Origin: an uncultured Clostridia bacterium
GTDB taxonomy: Bacteria > Bacillota > Clostridia > Christensenellales > UBA1242
DNA length: 64,000 nt
Assembly: GCA_944372445.1 (NCBI GenBank)
Contig: CALVZE010000002.1
Coordinates: 37,175 to 101,174 of the forward strand
Reading direction: 5' to 3'
Positions 63,428-64,000 of this stretch are shown one piece after another. Numbering within the stretch: position 1 is the first letter of the stretch; each line of letters starts with the position of its first letter. Position numbers and translations under genes: made by a program. The notes beneath the pieces were generated by a model. The model was given only the letters and a program-made list of their open reading frames with translations, was not told the origin of the DNA and made no database searches.

Positions 63428-64000
63428 ATGAAACTTAAATTTAAAAAACAAGAATTTCAAGAAAAAGCGGTGATGTCCGTTGTGGACTTGTTTAGGGGAG
63501 CAAAAAATGTGCCTTCAACTTTTTCGTTACAAAAAGTCGATTTGGTGGATATGAGTAAAGATGAGCTTCTTGGGTATGGCAATAATTTAGATTTGCCTAT
63601 GGAAGAAATTGAGAAAAATATGCACGAAATCCAAGACAGAAATCTTTTACCACTGACGGAGTTGAAAGAGCTTCGTTTTAATATTGAAATGGAAACAGGA
63701 ACTGGTAAAACTTTTGTTTACACGAAAACTATTTTGGAATTACATAAACAATATGGCTTTAAGAAGTTTGTAGTTATTGTTCCAAGTGTGGCAATTAGAG
63801 AAGGTGCATATAAATCAATGCAAACTACTCGTGATTATTTCAAACGCGAATATGAAGGTGTGACACTTAAACCTTTTATCTACAATTCAGCAAAACTATA
63901 TGAAATAAAAGACTTTGCGCTTTCTACAAATTTGGAAGTTATGATTATCAATATTGACGCTTTTAAAAAGAGTGAAAATTTGTTTAATCAACCACCAAAA
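63428..64000 (+). CDS. res: type III restriction enzyme Res subunit (helicase-nuclease), N-terminal 191 codons; continues past the window
   Basis: My own translation reads MKLKFKKQEFQEKAVMSVVDLFRG...RFNIEMETGTGKTFVYTKTILELHKQYGFKKFVVIVPSVAIREG. Motif I is at 63689-63712. The frame is open to the window end and is absent from the ORF track. Confidence 0.85.
   Translation, partial: MKLKFKKQEFQEKAVMSVVDLFRGAKNVPSTFSLQKVDLVDMSKDELLGYGNNLDLPMEEIEKNMHEIQDRNLLPLTELKELRFNIEMETGTGKTFVYTKTILELHKQYGFKKFVVIVPSVAIREGAYKSMQTTRDYFKREYEGVTLKPFIYNSAKLYEIKDFALSTNLEVMIINIDAFKKSENLFNQPPK

Larger units (their letters stand above)
43781..64000. mobile_element. accessory genomic island; the left junction lies inside spoVAD and the right end is beyond the window
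   Basis: The spoVAD frame is lost abruptly at 43781. A phage-type pseudogene, a surface-protein gene and defence genes follow. The region looks more A+T-rich than the core genes by eye. No recombinase is seen within the window. Confidence 0.5.

Noticed and set aside
49659-64000. Classifying the island operon as DISARM, BREX, Dnd/Ssp-linked restriction, or a plain type I/III R-M locus
   Set aside because: SNF2 plus an adenine methylase recalls class 1 DISARM, but I see no DrmA/DrmB (DUF1998) or PLD-nuclease gene. There is no PglZ, BrxC or BrxL for BREX. No sulfur-modification genes are present, and no HsdS or HsdR. A plain type III system does not explain the seven extra coupled genes. I cannot exclude MADS-like or Hma-like systems without running their models.
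1-64000. Scan for rRNA genes, CRISPR arrays, IS transposases, riboswitch or T-box leaders and group II introns
   Set aside because: I recognised no rRNA-like conserved segments and no short regularly spaced repeats. I found no DDE or serine transposase ORFs and no long structured leaders upstream of biosynthetic or transport genes. This was a visual scan only, so small or divergent elements could have been missed.

Overview
This window looks like a low-GC, endospore-forming Firmicute (Clostridia-like) chromosome, judged from spoIVB, spoVAC/spoVAD, a DUF1292 gene next to ruvX, and PFOR. All calls come from reading the sequence and ORF translations by eye; no database search was run.

Layout:
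- 0-24 kb: housekeeping genes. These include an Fe-ADH fragment, ALDH, a membrane-anchored PadR, a YgjP-like hydrolase, spoIVB, a tyrosine recombinase, a PAP2 phosphatase, tsaE/tsaB, comEB, two ABC systems, GDPD, PFOR and truA.
- 24.1-31.4 kb: a compact phage-like module with head genes only (terS-like, portal, scaffold, capsid, holin-like). I see no large terminase, tail, lysin or integrase.
- 31.8-43.8 kb: core genes. These are polA, ruvX, a tRNA-Leu beside a 370-bp tandem duplication carrying decayed copies of the tRNA 3' end, an S8 protease-LRR fusion, lemA, a lipoprotein, spoVAC and spoVAD.
- About nt 43781: the spoVAD frame breaks.
- 43.8 kb to the window edge (at least 20 kb): an accessory island that looks more A+T-rich by eye. 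It holds a decayed Bro-N/DinD-like gene, a 1573-aa BspA-like surface protein full of near-identical DNA repeats, and a 1041-aa protein with a sigma-70 region-4-like HTH. It ends in a ten-gene operon that runs off the window edge.

That operon is the best candidate for an undescribed system. It has one strong promoter and its genes are translationally coupled. It joins a MORC-like GHKL ATPase with two unknown partners, a 44-aa Arg-tailed micro-ORF, an SNF2 helicase and a helical-repeat protein to a type III mod/res pair that is itself split by a membrane-protein gene.

Other points worth a second look:
- The tRNA-Leu anticodon reads AAG (A34).
- Several genes start 6-7 nt after a -10 box with no Shine-Dalgarno, which suggests leaderless mRNAs.
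- A small Cys/Pro-rich protein.
- Families of shared palindromes.
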